From Bifidobacterium longum subsp. longum JCM 1217 (lineage in GTDB: Bacteria; Actinomycetota; Actinomycetes; Actinomycetales; Bifidobacteriaceae): a stretch of 32,000 bases of DNA. A model generated the notes under the pieces. That model saw only the letters and a list, made by a program, of their open reading frames with translations, ran no database searches and was not told the DNA's origin. Made by a program: the position numbers and the translations under genes. Positions within the stretch are counted from its first letter, which is position 1. Each line of letters starts with the position of its first letter. Positions 1 through 11,973 of this stretch are shown here, one piece after another. The stretch lies in assembly GCF_000196555.1 (NCBI RefSeq), contig NC_015067.1:1410001-1442000 (forward strand), in the 5' to 3' direction.

Positions 1-777
1 GCATTGGTCCGTTTGCATGGCGAGATGCAGGGTGACGGCGATTTGGTCCGTCTGCTGCTGATTCGCGCCAACGAGCAGAAGGCCGGCATGCAGTTGGATC
101 GACCACGCCGGTTCAGTGCGCTGCCGATTATGCCGTTGGATATCGAACGGTCGAAATCGTTTGCGGACTGGCCGCAGGATCAGCATGATTTCTGGATGTA
201 CCGACTCGGCAATATGGCGCTGGTGCAGGGCCCTGAGGATCAGTTGGACAGGTTGAGTGAATATCCGGCACGTCGCGACCGCATGCTGTTGCGCGCGGAT
301 TCGCGTCGTTTCCCGCTGACCAATCAGTTGAAGGATTTCGCTGACTGCACACCTGCCCTGTTGGAAGCGCGGCAGGAAGAGGCGGTCCGACTCATCGTGG
401 AATACTGGGGCATCCGGTATGACAAGGACGCCCGCGATCTGACCAAGCAGAATGTCGATGAGTTGTCGAAGACCTCTCCACGGCCGTCTCATAGTTCGCG
501 GCGCGTCACGATCCGGCAGGTGATTGACGCGGGTCTTCTGGTGCCGGGCGAGCGTCTGGTGTGGGAGCGGCCGCGCAAGGGCGAGCGCTGGTTCGTCACG
601 GTCACCGAAAACGGTCGTCTCCGTCTGGATGACGGCTCCGAATATCCGACTCCGACCGCCGCGGCCCGTGCCGCCGCCGGAGGACGTCGCGGCGGCGGTC
701 TGGACGTGTGGAAGCGCACGCGCAACGGCCAGAAGCTCAGTGACATCTGGAAGCAGTTCCGTCTGCAGGCGCAGTAG
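1..777 (+). CDS. C-terminal part of a GmrSD/DUF1524-like protein with a RAMA/DUF4357-like C-terminal domain (5' end lies outside the window)
   Basis: The frame is open from base 1 to TAG at 775-777. 'FWMYRLGNMALV' resembles the DUF1524 core 'HRLGNLTLL'. The tail 'GLLVPGERLVW...VTENGRLRLDDGSEYPTPTAAARAA...VWKR..GQKLSDIW' resembles RAMA-type domains. Family assignment is by eye only. Confidence 0.55.
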   Translation, partial: ALVRLHGEMQGDGDLVRLLLIRANEQKAGMQLDRPRRFSALPIMPLDIERSKSFADWPQDQHDFWMYRLGNMALVQGPEDQLDRLSEYPARRDRMLLRADSRRFPLTNQLKDFADCTPALLEARQEEAVRLIVEYWGIRYDKDARDLTKQNVDELSKTSPRPSHSSRRVTIRQVIDAGLLVPGERLVWERPRKGERWFVTVTENGRLRLDDGSEYPTPTAAARAAAGGRRGGGLDVWKRTRNGQKLSDIWKQFRLQAQ

Positions 778-791
778 CCGGCACATCATTG

Positions 792-818
792 GTGGCTCCC
801 CTCCGTGAGGGGAGCCAC
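792..818. terminator. GC-rich hairpin (12-bp stem GTGGCTCCCCTC / GAGGGGAGCCAC) between convergent genes; probable bidirectional terminator without a clear T-tract
   Basis: Perfect inverted repeat 792-803 / 807-818, read directly. It lies between the stop of the + strand CDS (777) and the stop of the - strand PIN gene (827). It carries the same core as the repeat family listed below. Confidence 0.5.
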
Positions 819-826
819 ACGCTTGT

Positions 827-1318
827 CTATGCCAGCGCCGCCACGATTTCAGCCGGCGTTTTGCAATATTCGGGAAAATGCTTGGCTAGTTTTTTGTCAT
901 ACGTCACCACATAGGTGGCCCCGGATTGTTGTGCGGCGGCGATAATAAGGTCATCCTCGAAATCGTTATGCGCGTGCCGCAACGACTGCGCCAATTCACA
1001 TTCCTCCGCGCCAATCGGCACGATTGTCATGAGCTCCTTGAGTTTGCTGATTCCCGACCATGCCACCTCCGGCAATATCAGCTTGGCGGTGGTCGCAACG
1101 ACCATGGATTCGTCATTCATGAATCGTTCTTTGAATCGTTCCGGGGTGATGTAGAACACGTCCTTCAGCGACAGTGACGCACAGGACAGCTTTACCTCCC
1201 GCTCGACGCATCGCTCGAACAGTTTCATGACATCCTTGATGAACCGAGGCGTACAGAGCATGTAATAAATAAGGATATTGGTGTCGCACAAGATCGACAC
1301 CTGCTTTGACTGCCTCAT
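827..1318 (-). CDS. PIN-domain toxin (VapC-like, type II TA)
   Basis: 163-aa ORF. N-terminal 'ILCDTNILIYY' and C-terminal 'DFEDDLIIAAAQQSGATYVVTYDKK' fit the PIN acidic-residue pattern. Its ATG overlaps the upstream stop as ATGA (1315-1318). A/T-ending codons and G+C are visibly lower than in the flanks. Confidence 0.75.
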   Translation of the reverse strand: MRQSKQVSILCDTNILIYYMLCTPRFIKDVMKLFERCVEREVKLSCASLSLKDVFYITPERFKERFMNDESMVVATTAKLILPEVAWSGISKLKELMTIVPIGAEECELAQSLRHAHNDFEDDLIIAAAQQSGATYVVTYDKKLAKHFPEYCKTPAEIVAALA

Positions 1319-1707
1319 GACAGACTCCGCTCCTTCTCCAAATAACGCGCATAGTCCGACTGATGCCTGTATTCCTTCAGCCGTTCGTCAGCTATCTCAT
1401 CGCGGAACTGCTTGTAGGTAAGGCCTTCCATGAGGTCGGTGTCTTCTGAGATCAGTCCGGCCTTGACCAGTTCCTTGTGTACGTATCCGGCACCTTCTCG
1501 AATCAGTTTCAGCTTGCGCTGCTTTTCCTCCTCGCGGGCTTGCTCTTCGGCGGTCGTTTCCAAGGCCGGCACTTCCTTGCGGTCGGCGATGTACAACCAC
1601 AGCGACCGGATTACGTCACTCACCGATACGCCTTTGCCCTTGAGGACTTCTTCGACCTCGTTCTTCAGTTTCGCATCAATGCGAACGTTCATTTGGACCA
1701 TGGTCAT
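1315..1707 (-). CDS. RelB/DinJ-like ribbon-helix-helix antitoxin with a long charged C-terminal extension
   Basis: 'MNVRIDAKLKNEVEEVLKGKGVSVSDVIRSLWLYI' is typical of the DinJ/RelB RHH fold. Start chosen at ATG 1707 (GGAGG at 1713-1717, 5-nt spacer). The ORF track start at 1719 and the ATG at 1701 are alternatives. There is a 4-bp overlap with the toxin gene. Confidence 0.7.
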   Translation of the reverse strand: MTMVQMNVRIDAKLKNEVEEVLKGKGVSVSDVIRSLWLYIADRKEVPALETTAEEQAREEEKQRKLKLIREGAGYVHKELVKAGLISEDTDLMEGLTYKQFRDEIADERLKEYRHQSDYARYLEKERSLS

Positions 1708-1726
1708 GGCAACCTCCATTCCAAAG

Positions 1727-1745
1727 ATGCTATACAGTATAGCAT
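1727..1745. promoter_or_regulatory. Perfect 9-1-9 palindrome ATGCTATAC-A-GTATAGCAT; candidate operator/promoter of the TA operon
   Basis: Read directly. It sits about 20 nt upstream of the antitoxin start. On the minus strand it contains a -10-like TATACT. TA operons are commonly autoregulated through such palindromes. Confidence 0.55.
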
Positions 1746-1758
1746 ACTGACGTGCATG

Positions 1759-1791
1759 AAAAAGGCCGGCATCCGTTGGTGGATACCGACC
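1759..1791 (-). terminator. Rho-independent terminator of acn
   Basis: Minus-strand RNA reads GGUCGGUAUCC-ACCAAC-GGAUGCCGGCC followed by UUUUU. The stem is 11 bp including two G-U pairs. On the plus strand these two positions would be C-A mismatches, so the structure is strand-specific. Confidence 0.7.
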
Positions 1792-1794
1792 TTT

Positions 1795-1845
1795 ACTCCC
1801 CCTCAGTCAGCTTCGCTGACAGCTCCCCTCAGAGAGGGGAGCCAG
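1795..1845. repeat. Full copy of the GC-rich composite palindromic element (REP/MITE-like)
   Basis: ACTCCCCCTCAGTCAGCTTCGCTGACAGCTCCCCTCAGAGAGGGGAGCCAG. Near-identical copies are at 5826-5875, 5890-5940 (inverted) and 29824-29873. It lies between the acn stop and the acn terminator. Confidence 0.8.
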
Positions 1846-1851
1846 AATAAG

Positions 1852-4551
<2,700 letters not shown>

Positions 4552-4668
4552 GCTTCCTCCGAAATCATGAATCGGCTTATGATGCCGTTGATTATCCGAT
4601 ACAAATGGTACGGGTACGTTACTTTGGCTCTGGCGTGTCGGCTTGAAGTGTGAGACAATTCGCCGCTA

Positions 4669-7257
<2,589 letters not shown>

Positions 7258-7347
7258 ATTCCCCAGCCTACCGCGTCTTGTTTCGCAATCCGCTAAGGCT
7301 CAGGGATGATTCAGGGTGCTTTCTCAGCTTCAAGGGCCTGATTCGGC

Positions 7348-8043
7348 TCAGGAAACGGTGACTTTGATCTCGCGTTCGTGGGGTTCGTCGCGCGTGATGG
7401 TGAGCACGGCGTCAGTAATAGTCATTGGCTTGGTATCGGCAGTGTCGCCAGAATCGGCACTGTTGGTGTTGAGGTGAAGGATGACGGCGTACAGCAGTTC
7501 ATCTTCGGGCGCATGCTTTGGATCAATGAGAGCGACTGGAATACCGGCTTCACGCGCATTGGTCAACGTCTGGTTCCAGCTCTCCCGGTTGGCGTCGGTA
7601 ACGTCGATGCCGCTGATAACCACGATTTTGACCGCGCGAGCTACGAAATCGGCAACACCCTGCTGTGCGGTGGCCGCATTCTTGTCGACGCCAGTATGAG
7701 CATCCATACTATCGGCACCGTTTTCGCTGGTAGTGCCGGCGTCAGAAGATTCGGTTTCACCGGATACACCATCAGTTGCGTTTGCCGAGCTTGCGGATGT
7801 TTCGAGCGAGGCATAGTAGACATTGAGTTTGTCATCAGACAGCGCATTGATGACGAACTCGTCTGCGGCGGTGTCAGTCGACCCCACAAAGCCGACTGTG
7901 ACATCCGTGGGATGTGTGGAATCGTGGGCGACTTCCGGCATGCTGTCTTGGGTATCGCCAACCGCCCTACCGGCCGGCGTGCAGGCGGCCAGGGACAACA
8001 CAGCCGCCATGCAGGCCAGCAATCCGAGAATTCGTCGTGTCAT
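7348..8043 (-). CDS. Lipoprotein of unknown function
   Basis: Signal peptide and lipobox 'MTRRILGLLACMAAVLSLAAC'. A low-complexity Ser/Thr/Asp/Ala-rich middle follows. 'KIVVISGIDVTD...AREAGIPVALID' weakly resembles one lobe of a periplasmic sugar-binding fold. Confidence 0.7.
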   Translation of the reverse strand: MTRRILGLLACMAAVLSLAACTPAGRAVGDTQDSMPEVAHDSTHPTDVTVGFVGSTDTAADEFVINALSDDKLNVYYASLETSASSANATDGVSGETESSDAGTTSENGADSMDAHTGVDKNAATAQQGVADFVARAVKIVVISGIDVTDANRESWNQTLTNAREAGIPVALIDPKHAPEDELLYAVILHLNTNSADSGDTADTKPMTITDAVLTITRDEPHEREIKVTVS

Positions 8044-8054
8044 ATGCTCACCTG

Positions 8055-9326
8055 TCAGCGGGTAAACAGGGCCACCGTCTCAACATGGTGGGTCATCGGG
8101 TAGATATCGAAGGCACGGATGTCTTTGAGCTCGTAGCCTTCGCCGATGAGTGTCGCGGTGTCGCGTGCGAGGCTGGTGGGATCACAGGCGATGTAGACCA
8201 CGCTGGATGCGCCGGCCGCGGCAATCTGGCGGCAGACCTTGGCACGAGCACCGGCACGCGGCGGATCAAGCACTACGACATTCGGCTTGGCCAGATGCGC
8301 CGGCACATGGTCCAGCGTGCGCGAGACGTCACCCGCGCGGGCGTCCACGTCGTTCAGGTTCATGGCGCGCAGATTGCGCTGGGCGTTCTTGACGGCCACA
8401 CGCGCGCCTTCAACGCTGAGCATGCGGGTGCGTTCACCGGTCATTGTGGCCAGCGGCAGGGTGAACAGGCCGGAACCGGAATACAAATCCCAGATTACGG
8501 CGTCCGCCGCTGACTGCAGCTGCCCGTTGACCAGGTTGATCACGTGCGTACCGAGGGCGATCGGCGCTTGGCGATGCACTTGCCAGAAACCGTTGGCGTC
8601 AACCTGATAGTCGAAGGTCGTGCCGTTGATGGTCACCTGTTCGGTGAGCAGCTGGGAGCCGGCGCGCAGTTCGCCGTCCACAAGTACGGCGTAATTGTCG
8701 TCTGCTGCCGCGGTATCGACGATCTCGCCGCGCGGTTCGGGCACGGAAAGACGAATCTGGGAGCCGGGTTCAAAGCCGCCCTCCCACACGTGTTCGCGCT
8801 TGGCGACGTCCAGCAGCGTGCGCGTGGCAAGCGGCATGGTGTCGATGGCCACGCGGTTGTGTGTGCCGCGCCGGCGCATGGATGGCATGCCGTTGTCGTC
8901 GGCAATCATTTCGATGCGGGTACGCCAATTGAGGCCGCCGGCTGCCTTGTCGCCGGGCATGCGCTCGATGGGAACGGCCACGTCGATATGGCCGAGTCGG
9001 CTCATCTGTTCGGAGACGGTGATGGCCTTCCACTTGAGCTGGCCGGGCAAAGAGACGTGCACGAGATCCGCGCCGCCCACTCCCCCGCCCATCGCCAAGG
9101 GACCGGCAAGTGGCCATGCCGGGGTGACTCGGTCTTCGGACGGCTCGAGAACCTCGACGACTTCGCCGGTCCAGAACCGGTCGTCCCGGTCGTGGGGCTC
9201 GTCAAGTTCGACTCGCACGAGTTCGTCGGGCAAGGCGAAGCGGACGAACACCACACGACCGTCGATATGGGCCACGCAGCGGCCTTGGTCGGCGTATCGT
9301 TCGATACGAACTTCAGCTTGCATCAT
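8055..9326 (-). CDS. TRAM-domain SAM-dependent RNA (uracil-5-)methyltransferase, RumA/TrmA family
   Basis: 'VVLDPPRAGA' and the catalytic-Cys region 'YIACDPTSLARD' are present, plus an N-terminal TRAM-like beta region. Start set at ATGATG 9326 (GGAAAGGA upstream) rather than the ORF-track start at 9425. Confidence 0.85.
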   Translation of the reverse strand: MMQAEVRIERYADQGRCVAHIDGRVVFVRFALPDELVRVELDEPHDRDDRFWTGEVVEVLEPSEDRVTPAWPLAGPLAMGGGVGGADLVHVSLPGQLKWKAITVSEQMSRLGHIDVAVPIERMPGDKAAGGLNWRTRIEMIADDNGMPSMRRRGTHNRVAIDTMPLATRTLLDVAKREHVWEGGFEPGSQIRLSVPEPRGEIVDTAAADDNYAVLVDGELRAGSQLLTEQVTINGTTFDYQVDANGFWQVHRQAPIALGTHVINLVNGQLQSAADAVIWDLYSGSGLFTLPLATMTGERTRMLSVEGARVAVKNAQRNLRAMNLNDVDARAGDVSRTLDHVPAHLAKPNVVVLDPPRAGARAKVCRQIAAAGASSVVYIACDPTSLARDTATLIGEGYELKDIRAFDIYPMTHHVETVALFTR

Positions 9327-10071
9327 CGTCCTTTCCGGTTGCGCTCGGTTCGAGTTCGGCATCAACAGCGACTTCAGTCTGTATCTTCCTAGCCGCGACC
9401 TTATGCCGGTGCATCGGCGTGGCAATAATGAGGTAACTCACCCAAATCGCCAATGCCCAGAACGGAATGCCCATGAGCAGGCGGGTCACGCCGAGTGCAG
9501 CTACATGGTTGGTCAGATACAGCGGCACCTGCACCACCAGCCGCAGCAGGAACAGACCGACCCACAGGCCGGTGACAATCATATAGGCGCGTTTCAGGGC
9601 CTTGTCGTCCATCCAGTCATGGAACCATGCCTTGAAATGCTCGGTGGGCAGGCTACGGATGAATTCGACGACCAAACCCAGTCCGGGCACGCGCGCAATC
9701 AGCGACACGGCAAGCAACGCGGCATAGCCAGCATTGGTAATGAATCCGAAGATGTAGTAATTGCGGGCCTCATGAGTCTGCCATGCCCAAATCAGGCAGA
9801 TGCCTACCGCCACCAGACCAGAGACCGCGCCCATTACCGACTGGCGCTGAATCAGTCGCACAATAACCTGCAATACCGCCAACACGGCCGAAACCGCAAT
9901 GGTGAGATTCAGATTGCTCGTGGCCACGAACAGTACGACGAACACCACGCCAGGCAGCATGGATTCGATGACGCCACGCGGGCCACCGATGGCGTCGATG
10001 ACGGAGAAATCCTCGCCTTCATTGCCGGCGTCGGCTAGAGCGGACAGGCCGGTGCGTTTGTTGTCTGCCAA
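9313..10071 (-). CDS. Integral membrane protein, DUF3159-like
   Basis: 252 aa with multiple hydrophobic spans. The N-terminus 'IDAIGGPRGVIESMLPGVVFV' matches my recollection of DUF3159. TTG start with GGAAGAG upstream. Its 3' end overlaps the methyltransferase start by 14 bp. Confidence 0.7.
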   Translation of the reverse strand: MADNKRTGLSALADAGNEGEDFSVIDAIGGPRGVIESMLPGVVFVVLFVATSNLNLTIAVSAVLAVLQVIVRLIQRQSVMGAVSGLVAVGICLIWAWQTHEARNYYIFGFITNAGYAALLAVSLIARVPGLGLVVEFIRSLPTEHFKAWFHDWMDDKALKRAYMIVTGLWVGLFLLRLVVQVPLYLTNHVAALGVTRLLMGIPFWALAIWVSYLIIATPMHRHKVAARKIQTEVAVDAELEPSATGKDDDAS

Positions 10072-10086
10072 GTCTCTTCCTATAAA

Positions 10087-10941
10087 TCAGCGAACTTCGG
10101 AGAACATCGGGCCGCGAGACAGCGTGGTCTTCACTTCGGTCTGCTGGTCCTGGCTCAACGGGCCCTTCGGCTTGTTGTCCGGAATGTCCTTGAAGTGTTC
10201 CTTGCCGTTCGCCTCGCCGGCTTCGGCCGCGGCCTTGGCGGCCTTACGCTCAGCGGGGGCGACCGGCGGATGCATCGGGATCAGATCGCGCGGCGCCAAA
10301 GGCTCCTCGCCACGCTCGACGACGATGCCGGCGAAGAACTTGTTCAGCGCCTCGGTCTCCGGGCTGTCCGGATCGATAGCAGCCTTGCCGGAGAAGATGC
10401 CACGCAGCATCCAGCGCGGGCCGTCCACACCAACGATGCGCGTGTTCACGGTCTTGCCGCCCTTGACATTGACCGGCAGCTTCAGTTCGGTGCCGAACAC
10501 ACCGTCCACTTCAGAAGCGGCCTTGTTGGCTTCAAGCAGGTCACCGCGAACGTCATCCCACAGTCCCAGGGTCTTGGGTGCGGCAAAGGCTTCGATCTCC
10601 AGGCTGGAGGAGCCGAAGGTGATGGTGGAACCAAGCACTTGCTGGGTGGCGCGGTTGGCCTTGATACGCAGTTGGATGCCCCGGAGGAAGGGCAGGTAGT
10701 AGGCGCCCAGATCCAGATAATCGTCATAATCGGGCACGTCCTCATCATTGACGTCCCACGGGCCTCGCTCTTCTCCGCGGCCCTGGTATTCGCTGGCCGG
10801 TTCGGCGAGCACGGTCTCCGCGCTCTCGGCCTTTGCGGCAGCGTTCGCTTCTGCGGCAGCCACCTTGTCTTCATCGACAGGCTCAACGGCCGGCTCGGCT
10901 TCCTTCTTGCTCTTCTTCTTGCCGAATCCGAACAGTCCCAT
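10087..10941 (-). CDS. DUF3710-like protein
   Basis: 'GPWDVNDEDVPDYDDYLDLGAYYLP...LRIKAN...LEIEAFAAPKTLGLWDDVRGDL' fits the actinobacterial DUF3710 pattern. Start placed at ATG 10941 (GAGGAA upstream). The ORF-track start at 10956 is possible. Confidence 0.7.
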   Translation of the reverse strand: MGLFGFGKKKSKKEAEPAVEPVDEDKVAAAEANAAAKAESAETVLAEPASEYQGRGEERGPWDVNDEDVPDYDDYLDLGAYYLPFLRGIQLRIKANRATQQVLGSTITFGSSSLEIEAFAAPKTLGLWDDVRGDLLEANKAASEVDGVFGTELKLPVNVKGGKTVNTRIVGVDGPRWMLRGIFSGKAAIDPDSPETEALNKFFAGIVVERGEEPLAPRDLIPMHPPVAPAERKAAKAAAEAGEANGKEHFKDIPDNKPKGPLSQDQQTEVKTTLSRGPMFSEVR

Positions 10942-11008
10942 AATTCCTCGTTTCATGTAACGGTTGCAACCTTGCTAACACTAGCACTCAGGCTTAGAGA
11001 AAGCTGAG

Positions 11009-11869
11009 TCACACGTCGTATGTGATGGTAAGTGGCGCGTGGTCGGACCAACGCAACTCGTATGTGGGGGCCTTGTCGATCACAAAGCCGCGCGCGGTCT
11101 CCGCCAGCTCGGGCGTGGCGAACTGGTAGTCGATGCGCCAGCCGACATTGTTGTCGAAAGCGCGCCCGCGCTGGCTCCACCACGTGTACGGACCCTGAAT
11201 ATCACCGGCGAGCGAACGCATCACATCCACAAACTCATATTCATCCAGCCACTTGTCCACGTAGGCGCGCTCCTCGGGCAGGAAGCCGGCGTGCTTTTCG
11301 TTGGCCTTGGCGTTCTTGATGTCGAGCGGCGTGTGCGCGATGTTGAAATCGCCGCACAATACCGCCTGCTTGCCGCCGTGCGCGGCCTCGTCGCGCAACT
11401 CGCCCATGCGAGTGAGCATCGTGTCCAGAAAACGGTACTTCTGTTCCATCTTGGTCGAATCATCGGTGTTGCCGGCGTGCACGTACACGCAGGCCACGGT
11501 GATCGTGTATCCCTGCGGCGTCTTGACATCGGTCTCAATCCAACGGCCGGAATCCACATCCTCGCTCAAGCCCGGAAGTCCATAGCGTTTATCGGTCACC
11601 TCAAGATCGGTGAGGAGCCCGACTCCGGCACGACCCTTGACACGGCAGACCTCGTTCAGCGAATGCAGGTCAGAGGGTGAGGCGATCTTGCCGGCGGTGG
11701 CATACTCGAAACCGAATTCGCCGAAAATCGAATCGACATCCTCTTGCGGGGCGCGCACTTCCTGCATACACCAGACATCCGGAGCATGTTTGCCGGCCCA
11801 GTCCTCGATGCCCTTGCGCTTTGCCGCGCGAATGCCGTTGACGTTCGATGTGGTGATGGTGATGGTCAT
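11009..11869 (-). CDS. xthA: Exodeoxyribonuclease III (AP endonuclease)
   Basis: 286 aa with 'SNVNGIRAA', 'WCMQEVRA', 'GDFNIAH' and 'RWSDHAPLTI'. Confidence 0.9.
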   Translation of the reverse strand: MTITITTSNVNGIRAAKRKGIEDWAGKHAPDVWCMQEVRAPQEDVDSIFGEFGFEYATAGKIASPSDLHSLNEVCRVKGRAGVGLLTDLEVTDKRYGLPGLSEDVDSGRWIETDVKTPQGYTITVACVYVHAGNTDDSTKMEQKYRFLDTMLTRMGELRDEAAHGGKQAVLCGDFNIAHTPLDIKNAKANEKHAGFLPEERAYVDKWLDEYEFVDVMRSLAGDIQGPYTWWSQRGRAFDNNVGWRIDYQFATPELAETARGFVIDKAPTYELRWSDHAPLTITYDV

Positions 11870-11927
11870 GCAGCCATACTATTTTGGCCTCTCTACCAGT
11901 ACCGCACTCACGATTACATTGAGGTAT

Positions 11928-11962
11928 AAAAAATTAGCTCCCTCATAAGAGGGAGCTAATTT
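11928..11962 (-). terminator. Rho-independent terminator of the peptide-transporter operon
   Basis: 14-bp stem AAATTAGCTCCCTC / GAGGGAGCTAATTT with loop ATAA. On the minus strand a T-run follows it (A-run 11928-11933 on the plus strand). Confidence 0.8.
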
Positions 11963-11973
11963 AGAATGTCCTA

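Noticed and set aside
4552-4668. AcnR-type operator upstream of acn (GGTACGGGTACG repeat, ATCATGA...TTATGAT).
   Set aside because: The GGTAC boxes are direct rather than inverted repeats, and the second pair is imperfect. There is no match to the corynebacterial AcnR palindrome as I remember it.
8055-9425. Longer 456-aa version of the RNA methyltransferase starting at 9425.
   Set aside because: The extra N-terminus ('MPRRCTGIRSRLGRYRL...') overlaps the DUF3159 gene by more than 100 nt and looks non-native. ATGATG at 9326 has a GGAAAGGA Shine-Dalgarno and starts exactly at the TRAM-like domain.
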